Assembly (NCBI GenBank): GCA_020349945.1
Contig: CP070704.1
Coordinates: 748,899 to 812,898, forward strand
DNA: 64,000 bases
From: Deltaproteobacteria bacterium
Lineage (GTDB): Bacteria > Desulfobacterota > DSM-4660 > Desulfatiglandales > B25-G16
Reading direction: 5' to 3'
How positions within the stretch are numbered: the stretch's first letter is position 1; every line of letters begins with the position of its first letter. The notes under the pieces were generated by a model. That model did not search any database. It was given only the letters and a program-made list of their open reading frames with translations, and was not told the origin of the DNA. Shown here piece by piece: positions 1 through 8,923 of this stretch. The translations under genes were made by a program, and so were the position numbers.

Positions 1-1
1 T

Positions 2-196
2 AAGATTCACGGATTCGGTGGTGACGCTCTGGTGCCGGAGACTATCTGGGGTGCCCTCGAAGTGGCACGGGAAAATATCGCGTATGTTCTCGCCGAAAAG
101 GTGGCGATCGGTCAGATGAGCGAATCACAGGCAGTGGTTGTGGCCGATAAGCTCCTCAACGGGAACGCGGGGCAGATATTCCAGTTTGAACCATAA
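2..196 (+). CDS. 3' end of an amidohydrolase-like (metal-dependent hydrolase) gene; 5' part outside window
   Basis: Frame open from the window edge to TAA at 194-196. The tail ...VVVADKLLNGNAGQIFQFEP resembles amidohydrolase-2 family C-termini. Absent from the ORF track because no start lies in the window. Confidence 0.35.
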   Translation, partial: KIHGFGGDALVPETIWGALEVARENIAYVLAEKVAIGQMSESQAVVVADKLLNGNAGQIFQFEP

Positions 197-462
197 GATA
201 GTAAGTGCGACACCTCGATTCGGCCTGTCCTCCCCAGTATCTTGTCGCTTAATGCATGCCATTCCAGAAATCTCCTAGGATTGTGTGAGAAGCTCACCGT
301 ATTTATCAGTTGAAAACGAAGACTTAAGGTATGGCCTTATAACCTGACCCCAAGAACCGGGATTTATGGTTCAAATATCGTAGGGCCTGTTAAATCGTAC
401 TATGAATAAGGGGGCTGGATATTGTATGATGAAGAGGAGGAATTCCTTTATGGAGAGGGAAC

Positions 463-1482
463 ATGATTCAAGAGAGGATTCCGAGCCTGTACAACTTCCA
501 ATTCCGTGATCTGCATCCGAGTGTTTTCATTGGAACAGCCAGCGATAGATATACGGGTTGGATGGGGCAAATCTATACAGAGGAACACTATAGAAATAGA
601 ATATCGATCAGACCTAAAGCTATTGGGGGGAAATCTTTAAAAGAAGAGGTATTACCCGTTGAAAGCGTTGAGGAGTATTTTCAACATTTTTCAGTCCTTG
701 AATTGGATTTCACCTTCTATAGATTGCTTCTAGACGAAGATCTCAGGCCTACTCAGAATTACCATGTGCTACGGAGCTATCAGAGGTACCTGAGTAAAGA
801 TGATCATTTGATACTGAAGGTCCCCCAGGTGATTTTTGCCCAAAAGCTTTGGAGGGGCAGCACATTCATTGAGAATCCCGATTATCTCAATTCGGAGATC
901 TTCATTCGTCAGTTTTATGCGCCGGCGGTGGATCTTTTGGGTGACCTGGTCCACGGATTCATTTTTGAGCAGGAATATCAGCCTAAAGGACGCAGAGATT
1001 CCCCGGAGGAGTTTGTGTCAGCGTTGGGCGAATTCCTTGGCAAGATTCCAGAAGATGGGCGCTATCATATAGAGCTCAGAACTGAGTCCCTCCTTTCAGG
1101 CCGGTATTTCAAGGTACTTGAAAAATATGGGGTAGGACAGGTGCTCTCACACTGGACATGGTTACCTCCGCTGCGGAAGCAATTCAATTTGAATGACCGC
1201 AGGTTCTTGTGCGCTAGCAACCAATGCATCATCAGGCTTATGACCCCTCTGAGGATGCGCTATGAGGAAGCATATATAAAGGCGTACCCGTTCAACAAGA
1301 TGATTACCGGAATGATGAGTCCGCACATGATCGAAGACACTGTAGAGATAATGTCAACAGCGATCGATCAAGGAGTGTGCATAAATGTGGTAATTAATAA
1401 TCGTGCGGGAGGGAATGCGCCACTTATCGCTCAAAAGATCTCTGAGAGGTTTTTAGGAGTTCATTCCAAAGCAGGAAAGTAG
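463..1482 (+). CDS. DUF72 (UPF0759) family protein
   Basis: 339-aa ORF. IGTASDRYTGWMGQIY near the N-terminus and FSVLELDFTFY match the DUF72 pattern (GTSGW..W..fY, vEiN.tFY) as I recall it. Confidence 0.6.
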   Translation: MIQERIPSLYNFQFRDLHPSVFIGTASDRYTGWMGQIYTEEHYRNRISIRPKAIGGKSLKEEVLPVESVEEYFQHFSVLELDFTFYRLLLDEDLRPTQNYHVLRSYQRYLSKDDHLILKVPQVIFAQKLWRGSTFIENPDYLNSEIFIRQFYAPAVDLLGDLVHGFIFEQEYQPKGRRDSPEEFVSALGEFLGKIPEDGRYHIELRTESLLSGRYFKVLEKYGVGQVLSHWTWLPPLRKQFNLNDRRFLCASNQCIIRLMTPLRMRYEEAYIKAYPFNKMITGMMSPHMIEDTVEIMSTAIDQGVCINVVINNRAGGNAPLIAQKISERFLGVHSKAGK

Positions 1483-1519
1483 CGAACCCTCAAGGAGCGC
1501 AATACTGGGGATACCTAGG

Positions 1520-2275
1520 ATGTTCATTGATTCCCATTGCCATCTTTATTCTCTTTCCAACATTGAGGATGCCATTCTTCATGCCCGCGATGCGGGTGTC
1601 GCAAAGGTAGTTGTGGTGAGTGAAGACCTGCAGACGATGGAACAGACCCTAAAACTCAGAGATGATTTCCCGGAATTTGTTCTTCCTTCCCTGGGCATTC
1701 ACCCCGTTAATGTTCTATATATGTCAAACAGTGAATGGGAAAGGGCCTTTTCTTTTTTGAGGTTGCATGCAAATGAGTGCTCATGCATTGGAGAAATTGG
1801 TCTGGATTATAAGTATGCTACAACGGAAAAGGAGAAAGAAAAGCAACGCGCGGCTCTTCATGGCCAGATGGAGGTGGCAGCCGAGAATCATTTACCCATC
1901 AACCTTCACTCGAGAAGAGCTCTCAGGCAGACTATGCAAGAAGCTGTTGCTTTTCATAAAGATACCGGGCTGCCAACCCTTCTTCACTGGTTCGCCCATT
2001 CATTGAAGCTTTTGACAAGAACCAACGAAGAGGGAATTTTTGTCTCCGCCGGTCCTTCCATCCTTTTTTCAGAGGATGCTTTGAGTCTTGCCTTTGCCAT
2101 TGACATCCAGCTCATTTTGGTGGAGACGGATGCACCCGTACCATTCAACGGGAGGCCCTCCTACCCGGCATGGGTAGTAGAGGTGGCCGAGAAATTGGTC
2201 TCCCACTACCCGGAGAAGAAACTATCTAAAGAAAAACTCTTAGATAATGCCCAGCGATACTTAAAGAAACCATGA
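1520..2275 (+). CDS. TatD-family metal-dependent hydrolase
   Basis: 251-aa ORF starting MFIDSHCHL, with internal EIGLDY and C-terminal VETDAP motifs typical of the TatD family. Confidence 0.85.
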   Translation: MFIDSHCHLYSLSNIEDAILHARDAGVAKVVVVSEDLQTMEQTLKLRDDFPEFVLPSLGIHPVNVLYMSNSEWERAFSFLRLHANECSCIGEIGLDYKYATTEKEKEKQRAALHGQMEVAAENHLPINLHSRRALRQTMQEAVAFHKDTGLPTLLHWFAHSLKLLTRTNEEGIFVSAGPSILFSEDALSLAFAIDIQLILVETDAPVPFNGRPSYPAWVVEVAEKLVSHYPEKKLSKEKLLDNAQRYLKKP

Positions 2276-2397
2276 AATATCAGCATTAAAACTGCTTTGG
2301 CCAGGTTTTTAGATCTTACAGAAAGTGATATTTATTGTCGGGTTGTTGAGGTATACTTAAGACCCTATTGGATAGAAGGAGGTGAAGCCGTCAGGCT

Positions 2398-2913
2398 ATG
2401 AAGACAAAGAGGCATAGAATGCCTTTGGTATGCACGATAATGGTAACTGCCCTTGTGGTGATCGGCTGCGCACCGGTGATTTCTCAAGAGGCGTTAAAGC
2501 AGGTTGATCAGAGCCTCCGTTTTGAACAGTTACTGGAAAACCCAGAGGCCTATCGAGGGAGGACCGTGCTTCTGGGAGGCGACATCATCGAGACCGAAAA
2601 CCTTGCCGATAAGACGCTGATTCTTGTGCTTCAGCGTTCGCTCGGCTACAGAAAAAAGCCAGCTGCGGAGGGCGTGTCACAGGGAAGATTTATCGTTTCT
2701 GTACCCGGTTTTCTGGATCCGTCCATCTATCGCCCTGGGAGGAAGATTACCGTGGTGGGTTCAGTTGTAGGAACAGAGGTACGTCCATTGGGTGAAATAG
2801 AATATGCCTATCCCCTCATTGCCAAGAGAGAGCTCTATATCTGGCCCACGGAAGAGTCCTCTGCGGCAGGATCTGGGGTGCATTTTGGTGTAGGGATAGG
2901 AATAAGCCTTTAA
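2398..2913 (+). CDS. Slp-family outer-membrane lipoprotein
   Basis: Signal peptide with lipobox VVIGC. Core YRGRTVLLGG...GRFIVSVPGFLDPSIYRPGRKITVVG...YAYPLI matches the Slp family pattern. Confidence 0.75.
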   Translation: MKTKRHRMPLVCTIMVTALVVIGCAPVISQEALKQVDQSLRFEQLLENPEAYRGRTVLLGGDIIETENLADKTLILVLQRSLGYRKKPAAEGVSQGRFIVSVPGFLDPSIYRPGRKITVVGSVVGTEVRPLGEIEYAYPLIAKRELYIWPTEESSAAGSGVHFGVGIGISL

Positions 2914-2927
2914 AGGCCAACGGAGGG

Positions 2928-3470
2928 GTGCTGATGAGGGGCATTCTCATCGTTGCAACGACTGTCTTGTGTTTTTCCGGCTGCGCCCATGTCATCTCAA
3001 AAGAGGTCCGGCAAGAGGTAAACACGGAGATTGCCTTTTCTGAACTGCGAGAGACCACCCAGGCTTATCAGGGAGAGGTGGTCCTGTTGGGAGGGGTTAT
3101 TGTCAAAACGGTGAACAAAAAGGATGGAACCCTTCTAGAGGTCTATCAGACCGAGATAGACCGCAGGGGCAAGCCCATACAGCTGGATGTATCCGGGGGG
3201 CGCTTCTTGGCTTACTATAAGGGGTTTTTGGACAGCGAGCTTTACCGTAAAGGGCGAAGGGTAACCATCGCGGGGATTGTGCAGGGTGAGCAGACCTTGA
3301 GACTGGGGGAGCTGGATTACCGCTATCCTTATCTGGTAGTCAGGGATATTCACCTCTGGAGGCAAGAACAGCTCCGTAAATATGACTATTACCCCTGGGG
3401 TCTTTGGGATCCCTGGTGCTGGCATCCATGGTACCCTTGGGATCCGGCGTATCCCTGGTACGATCCATAA
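2928..3470 (+). CDS. Slp-family lipoprotein paralog with Trp/Pro-rich C-terminal tail
   Basis: Lipobox CFSGC. Same Slp core (YQGEVVLLGG...GRFLAYYKGFLDSELYRKGRRVTIAG...YRYPYL). The ATG at 2934, 7 nt after GGAGG, is the more likely start than the GTG at 2928. Confidence 0.75.
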   Translation: MLMRGILIVATTVLCFSGCAHVISKEVRQEVNTEIAFSELRETTQAYQGEVVLLGGVIVKTVNKKDGTLLEVYQTEIDRRGKPIQLDVSGGRFLAYYKGFLDSELYRKGRRVTIAGIVQGEQTLRLGELDYRYPYLVVRDIHLWRQEQLRKYDYYPWGLWDPWCWHPWYPWDPAYPWYDP

Positions 3471-3519
3471 TGGCGCTATCGGCGCTCCAGACACTAAGCC
3501 ACGCCTGATTCATGTCTCT

Positions 3520-4149
3520 TCACTTTTTGCATGTTTCATCCAGGGGGCAGAATGGGCATCTTTTCTTTTTGCAAAATTCTAGATTTATCCTTACCAAGCG
3601 GGATTCTAAACCGGGCTCATCTAAGGCCTCCTCTTCTAAATTCAGCCTTGTCATGACCTGTCTAGCCAATGGAGAGATTGGGGGATTTGCCTTTTTCCAC
3701 ATTGATTTGAGCTCCCGCAAGAATATATTTATAGTGGTGGGGCCCACCCCTCTAAATTCGATAAGCCTCTTTTCAAGGTCAATACTATCTTCGGCCTGAT
3801 CATAGAGTTTGTCTAAGGAGCCGTATTTCTTCTTCAATCTTTCCGCCATACTGAGTAGGTTTGACGCTGTTGAGAAGTCATAGCGGACATAGCCACCTGC
3901 ATCCAGCACTTGCACCACCTTATCATATCCAGCATTAATAATGGCCTCCGGGGTTACTAGGTCCTCCTTCTCGAGCTCCCCGTAAGTCGTCTGTGCTATC
4001 TTTGAAGAAATCCTTTTTGAAAATAAGATGGATGCCAAAAGCCATTTAAATCTATGTTCTTCCCTTCCCAAATCTATGCCTAGTTGCTGAGAATAGGTAG
4101 GAAGTGATGAAAGCCTTTGTTTTATGAGAGAAGCCTTGGGATTTTTCAT
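3520..4149 (-). CDS. HhH-GPD / endonuclease III-like domain protein
   Basis: 209-aa ORF with a helix-hairpin-helix-like GVGPTTINIFLREL element and a C-terminal Cys cluster CKKKRCPFCPLDETC. Subfamily not resolved. Confidence 0.5.
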   Translation of the reverse strand: MKNPKASLIKQRLSSLPTYSQQLGIDLGREEHRFKWLLASILFSKRISSKIAQTTYGELEKEDLVTPEAIINAGYDKVVQVLDAGGYVRYDFSTASNLLSMAERLKKKYGSLDKLYDQAEDSIDLEKRLIEFRGVGPTTINIFLRELKSMWKKANPPISPLARQVMTRLNLEEEALDEPGLESRLVRINLEFCKKKRCPFCPLDETCKK

Positions 4150-4344
4150 CTTCTATGCAAAAAAACTACTATAATATAATCCACAAGGGAGGTAAACAGT
4201 GGATCTTTTAGAGATTCTCACCTTCGCCCCCAATTTTCCGCGTATCAATTTAGTCTTGACTTTTATTGTCTAGAAGGCTAAACGAATACGCGCAGTTCCA
4301 TGTTGATTCGACAACGATATGACGATTAAGGCAGGAGAGGGGCC

Positions 4345-4980
4345 ATGAACACTAAAGATAAATTTTTGGGCAGGTCTATGGAGAAGACCTATTCCTTTTA
4401 TTCTCCATTTTATGACTTAATATTCGGAAAAACCCTACAGCCTGGAAGGGAGTTGGCTTTTTCCTATCTTGATAAAAGACCATATCAGAGGATATTGGAT
4501 ATTGGTGTTGGAACAGGGTTGACCTTTAACTTATACCCAGACCAATCTTATATTGTAGGTATTGATATATCAGCCAAGATGATTCAGCAGGCCAAAAAGA
4601 GAGCGGCCATTCTGTCCAATGGACACCAAATTTCCTTATATGTTATGGATGCCTGTAATCTTGAATTTGAGGATGAGTTCTTTGATGCAGTTATTTCGCC
4701 CTATGTAATTACCACAGCAAAAGATCCTCTTAAGCTCTGCCAGGAAATGTATCGTGTATGTAAGAAAGGTGGACAGATTATCATCGTGAATCATTCTAAG
4801 AGCCCCCGAGGCCTTTGCTCCAAGTTTGAGGACTGGCTTTCACCTTTATTTGCCCGGGTTGGGTTTGTTACAAATCTCGATGTCATGGGACTGCTTGCTT
4901 CTACAGAGATTCATGTGGAGAAGGTTATAACCTGTAACACATTCAATTTACATAAAGTTTTCGTGGGCGTGAGGAAGTAA
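4345..4980 (+). CDS. class I SAM-dependent methyltransferase (UbiE/PmtA-like)
   Basis: SAM-binding motif I ILDIGVGTGL. Size and layout are typical of small-molecule or lipid methyltransferases. Confidence 0.75.
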   Translation: MNTKDKFLGRSMEKTYSFYSPFYDLIFGKTLQPGRELAFSYLDKRPYQRILDIGVGTGLTFNLYPDQSYIVGIDISAKMIQQAKKRAAILSNGHQISLYVMDACNLEFEDEFFDAVISPYVITTAKDPLKLCQEMYRVCKKGGQIIIVNHSKSPRGLCSKFEDWLSPLFARVGFVTNLDVMGLLASTEIHVEKVITCNTFNLHKVFVGVRK

Positions 4981-5286
4981 ATCAGATCGCAAGAGACCCT
5001 TCTTTCAAAAACTCCGTGAGAGCCGTTTTCTATGATTCCAGTGTAAATACTTCTTGAATGAAGATCCATACCTGCCTATAATTCCCCCATAGGGCACTTC
5101 CACTGAGGCTGTCTGACACCCGACGTCTTACCAGATTGCTATATCCCTATTTCCCAGCCCCGGAATGGGTGGGCTTTAGATGGCTAGATGTTACGAACTG
5201 CTGCCAGCTGAAGAATAATCCAGCCAACCTTTGAGAGGGATGGCAGTGGGGTGGCATGGACAAGAAAATAACGAAAGGAGTGAGCA

Positions 5287-6369
5287 ATGGAAAAAGCTAA
5301 GAAACAAAAGGCCATTTTGTTGATCTTGGTCGTCTTTTTTCTACTCTGTGCGCACTCGGTTGGCATTGCCGAAACAGAGGACGAAGAAAACAACATTTCC
5401 ATTTATCGCCGAGATGGCCCCGGCGTGGTCAATATCACGAGTGTGGTGATCGAACGAGATTTCTTTTTAAATCCCGTGCCAAGGGAAGGGGCAGGGTCGG
5501 GCTCAATTATCGACACCGCTGGTCACATATTGACCAATCATCACGTGATTCGAGATTCCACAAAGTTGGAAGTTACGTTAAGCGATGGTAGCAAGTGGCC
5601 TGCGCGATTTGTAGGTGCTGATCCAGACAATGACCTGGCCATCATTAAGATTGACGCACCAAACAACAAGCTCACGGTGATTCCTATCGGGGACTCGTCA
5701 AAACTGGATGTGGGCCAGAAGGTATTGGCTATTGGGAATCCCTTCGGTCTGGGACAAACCCTGACAACAGGAATAATTAGTTCCCTTGGGAGATCCATCC
5801 GTTCTGAGGCAGGGGTCTTGATCCAGGATGTTATTCAGACAGATGCGGCCATTAACCCGGGCAACTCTGGGGGACCCCTCCTTGATTCCACAGGAAAGAT
5901 CATCGGCGTCAATTCAGCAATCATCAGTCCGACAGGAGCAAGTGTAGGGATCGGTTTTGCAATTCCTGTGAACACGGCCAAACGTATCTTGCCTGAACTC
6001 ATCGAAAGGGGCTATGTCTCCTATCCTTGGATCGGTGCTACTGTGTATCCGTTAATTCCAGAATTTGCAAAATCTCTGGGTATTAGCGTTGAGCGAGGGG
6101 CAATGATCGGCGAAGTTGTGCAAGGTGGACCGGCGGACAAGGCCGGTCTGATAGGCGGGCACAGACAAGTTCGGGTGGGAAACTCCTTGATATTGGTTGG
6201 GGGTGATGTGATCACGGAAGTAGACGGGGAAAGGATTGTGTCCTCGGATGACCTGATACGAATAATCCGAGATCACCGACCTGGTGATAGGATAGAACTG
6301 AAGGTTTTACGAAGCGGGAAATTCTCGGGCATTACAGTGACCTTGGGCGAGAGGCCAGTCAGAAGGTGA
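5287..6369 (+). CDS. HtrA/DegP-family trypsin-like serine protease with one PDZ domain
   Basis: Signal peptide. Catalytic contexts TNHHVI, DNDLAII and GNSGGPLLD. C-terminal PDZ-like GAMIGEVVQGGPADKAGL. Confidence 0.9.
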   Translation: MEKAKKQKAILLILVVFFLLCAHSVGIAETEDEENNISIYRRDGPGVVNITSVVIERDFFLNPVPREGAGSGSIIDTAGHILTNHHVIRDSTKLEVTLSDGSKWPARFVGADPDNDLAIIKIDAPNNKLTVIPIGDSSKLDVGQKVLAIGNPFGLGQTLTTGIISSLGRSIRSEAGVLIQDVIQTDAAINPGNSGGPLLDSTGKIIGVNSAIISPTGASVGIGFAIPVNTAKRILPELIERGYVSYPWIGATVYPLIPEFAKSLGISVERGAMIGEVVQGGPADKAGLIGGHRQVRVGNSLILVGGDVITEVDGERIVSSDDLIRIIRDHRPGDRIELKVLRSGKFSGITVTLGERPVRR

Positions 6370-6462
6370 GTCCTTTAGAGTCAAGGGCCACCTTTACAGA
6401 ACCTAAAAGACTGTCAGGGCTGCAGGAGGGTTTCTGGATGAACACTTCTTAGGTTAGCGCTC

Positions 6463-7053
6463 ATGGTGGGCAGAAAGAACTGGATCTTCTGGACCACGAA
6501 AACTGCCGGAAGAATACTGCTGCTGCCATTCTTTTGCTTAGAAACACACAGGGTTGAAAACTTGCCCCAAAAGAGCGCCTTTATTCTCTTACCGAAGCAC
6601 CAGCGTTGGGAGGACATTCCCCTGCTCAGTCTTGCTACACCCAGGCCCCTTTACTATGTTGCAAAGTACGAATTATTCAAGAATCCTCTCAGTAACTGGT
6701 CCTTGAGGTCTCTTGGCGGCATTCCGTTGAACCGGCAGCGTCCTCTGGAGAGCAGGCGGTCCCTGCAGTCCATGATTGAGTTCTTAAAAAAGGGGGAGGG
6801 TGTTGTAGTTTTTCCCGAAGGTACCTATTACAGGAATAAAATGGGCACTGGACATGTGGGTATCGTGAGACTCATCCTTTCGCATGTGTCCCTTCCTTTT
6901 ATTCCCGTGGGGATTAATTACTCGCGGAAGGGCGCCAGGACTTTGGTTCGGATCAATTTCGGCAAGGCCTTTTATGCAGACCCAGCAGCATCTGCAAGGC
7001 TGTTTCTTGATAATGTGATGAAAGAGATTGCAGTGCTTTCGGGGCTGGCTTAA
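6463..7053 (+). CDS. lysophospholipid (1-acyl-sn-glycerol-3-phosphate) acyltransferase family protein
   Basis: Acyltransferase H-x4-D block (PKHQRWEDIP) and FPEGT block. Confidence 0.7.
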   Translation: MVGRKNWIFWTTKTAGRILLLPFFCLETHRVENLPQKSAFILLPKHQRWEDIPLLSLATPRPLYYVAKYELFKNPLSNWSLRSLGGIPLNRQRPLESRRSLQSMIEFLKKGEGVVVFPEGTYYRNKMGTGHVGIVRLILSHVSLPFIPVGINYSRKGARTLVRINFGKAFYADPAASARLFLDNVMKEIAVLSGLA

Positions 7054-7086
7054 TTCTTGCTTCAGAGCGAGGCGACGGGCGGCAGC

Positions 7087-8019
7087 TTATCCCCCGTACA
7101 CCGCCAGATCCAGGTACTGTCCTTTTCTCTCTTGCCGCCGCATCTTAAGAAACCGAGGCGCCATTTTATACTGTCTGCGGCAGCCCTCGATGGTCTCGCC
7201 GACTACCTCAATCTTACTGAGGCCCCCCTCGCCGAAGCCCCAATCCCAAAGGTAGTTGAGGTATCTGATATCATCAAAGTCCGCTCCCATGACCTCGGTG
7301 CCCACGCGATCTACGCCAACGTAATCCGTGCCTGCAATCGCCAAGCGGTGGTCTACAGGCTCGCCTTTTAGCGGTCCATTGCCCTCCATGCCCTCGAAGC
7401 CATCGAGTACCCCCAGGTCGATGTGGAGGTGCTGCATGACGGTAAAGAGGTTATAGTCGAGGACTCTGTTACCTGCCTCGCTCGGGTGCATACGAACCTT
7501 GTCGTTGACCATGATGGCGCCCATGATCACATTCTTCGCGGTAAGGGTAACGCCCACCTGGAGGTGACTCTTTAGCCTCGTAACCGAGATGATGTAGTTA
7601 TTCGGGTCCACCATGGTCTGTGCGAGCCTCACCGGATGAGGCTTCATGTCGGGGTGTATGATATAGACCTGTTTCCAGGACTCAGGCGCGTTTAGGTCAA
7701 TAAGCTCGAGATCGTAATCCTTGGCCAAGCTATGATAGCCGTACTCTCGAAAGCCCCTAGAGGTGGTGCCCACGGTAGCGCCTTCAGCTACTGAGACATC
7801 CTTCTCACCGCGGTCCTTGAGGAATTCCACGATCGCCCGCACAGCATCTGGGTGAGTGGAGCTGAGGGGCGTATAGGTGCAAACGAAGTTGACTTTGATG
7901 ACCGGATGCCGACCTTTGAGGTCTATATCATCAGAGATGAGTTCCAGGGCTTGGCGAATGTTCGCCTTGCGGTCATCGCCTTTTACCAGTGCTACTTTTC
8001 CCATGTCTCCTCCCTCCAT
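7087..8019 (-). CDS. DUF362 domain-containing protein
   Basis: 310-aa ORF. MGKVALVKGDDRKANIRQALELI... is a typical DUF362 N-terminus. The start is probably the ATG at 8004, directly behind GGAGGAG, rather than 8019. Confidence 0.65.
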   Translation of the reverse strand: MEGGDMGKVALVKGDDRKANIRQALELISDDIDLKGRHPVIKVNFVCTYTPLSSTHPDAVRAIVEFLKDRGEKDVSVAEGATVGTTSRGFREYGYHSLAKDYDLELIDLNAPESWKQVYIIHPDMKPHPVRLAQTMVDPNNYIISVTRLKSHLQVGVTLTAKNVIMGAIMVNDKVRMHPSEAGNRVLDYNLFTVMQHLHIDLGVLDGFEGMEGNGPLKGEPVDHRLAIAGTDYVGVDRVGTEVMGADFDDIRYLNYLWDWGFGEGGLSKIEVVGETIEGCRRQYKMAPRFLKMRRQERKGQYLDLAVYGG

Positions 8020-8317
8020 ATGGGCTAAGCTTCAAATGAGATGATTGAAAAAATAATGAGGATTCTGTTCTGTCCAGGAAAAGTTTAGGATAGAGATACT
8101 TGTCTGTCAATAGAAAGGAAATCGCAACCTTGGTAGTTGCGCTGGGGTAGCAGTTATCCTTGGAAGCAGGCATGTTAAAAAGTCGAGGTCAACCTTTAGT
8201 GTTCACAATTCAGGGCCGTTCTGGTATGAAATTATAGGGTCTGTCCCTTTGATTTCCCGGGGCCAGTAGACCTGTTTTAAAATCTCTTGACAGTATATAA
8301 GGAGCAAGTGTACAGCC

Positions 8318-8749
8318 ATGTCAGTGCATGAATATCCGGAGGGCCCTCGGAGTGCTGTAGGGGCCATCGTAATCAGAGGCGACGAGGTTCTTCTTGTTAA
8401 ACGTAACAACCCGCCAGGTCAGGGACTGTGGTCCATTCCCGGCGGCTGCGTGGAGCTGGGGGAAACGCTGCAAGAGGCAGCCGAACGAGAGATCAGGGAA
8501 GAGACCGGGGTTGTCATTCGGGCTAAAAGACCAGTATATACCTTTGATGTGATTGAGCGCGACGACCAGGGATGCATTCGCTTTCACTATGTGATTGTGG
8601 ATCTTCTGGCCGATTATATCAGCGGCAAACCGGATCCCAGAAGTGATGCTTGCGAGGCCCGCTGGGTGACGGCTCAGGAATTGGAGGAACTTTCTGTGAG
8701 TCGGATCACAAGAAAGGTCCTGGAAGAAACCATCGAGTTCGGTTGCTGA
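8318..8749 (+). CDS. NUDIX hydrolase
   Basis: Canonical Nudix box GGCVELGETLQEAAEREIREETG. Confidence 0.9.
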   Translation: MSVHEYPEGPRSAVGAIVIRGDEVLLVKRNNPPGQGLWSIPGGCVELGETLQEAAEREIREETGVVIRAKRPVYTFDVIERDDQGCIRFHYVIVDLLADYISGKPDPRSDACEARWVTAQELEELSVSRITRKVLEETIEFGC

Positions 8750-8803
8750 GGCGTTCCAACAAGGAGGTCATATGGGCCTCCATATCTTGCGGTGCTTTTC
8801 CGA

Positions 8804-8832
8804 TTGACACACAAGCTCCTGTAACCTATACT
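8804..8832 (+). promoter_or_regulatory. candidate sigma70 promoter upstream of the abfD-like gene
   Basis: TTGACA (8804-8809), 17-nt spacer, TATACT (8827-8832), about 90 nt upstream of the ATG at 8924. Confidence 0.4.
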
Positions 8833-8923
8833 CCCTTAGCCGATAAGGAGATTCCAAACTGGTGAGGTTGCTGTGATCCGCACAGGATTTTTAGGAACAA
8901 AATAGAGGGAGGTATGTAAGGTA

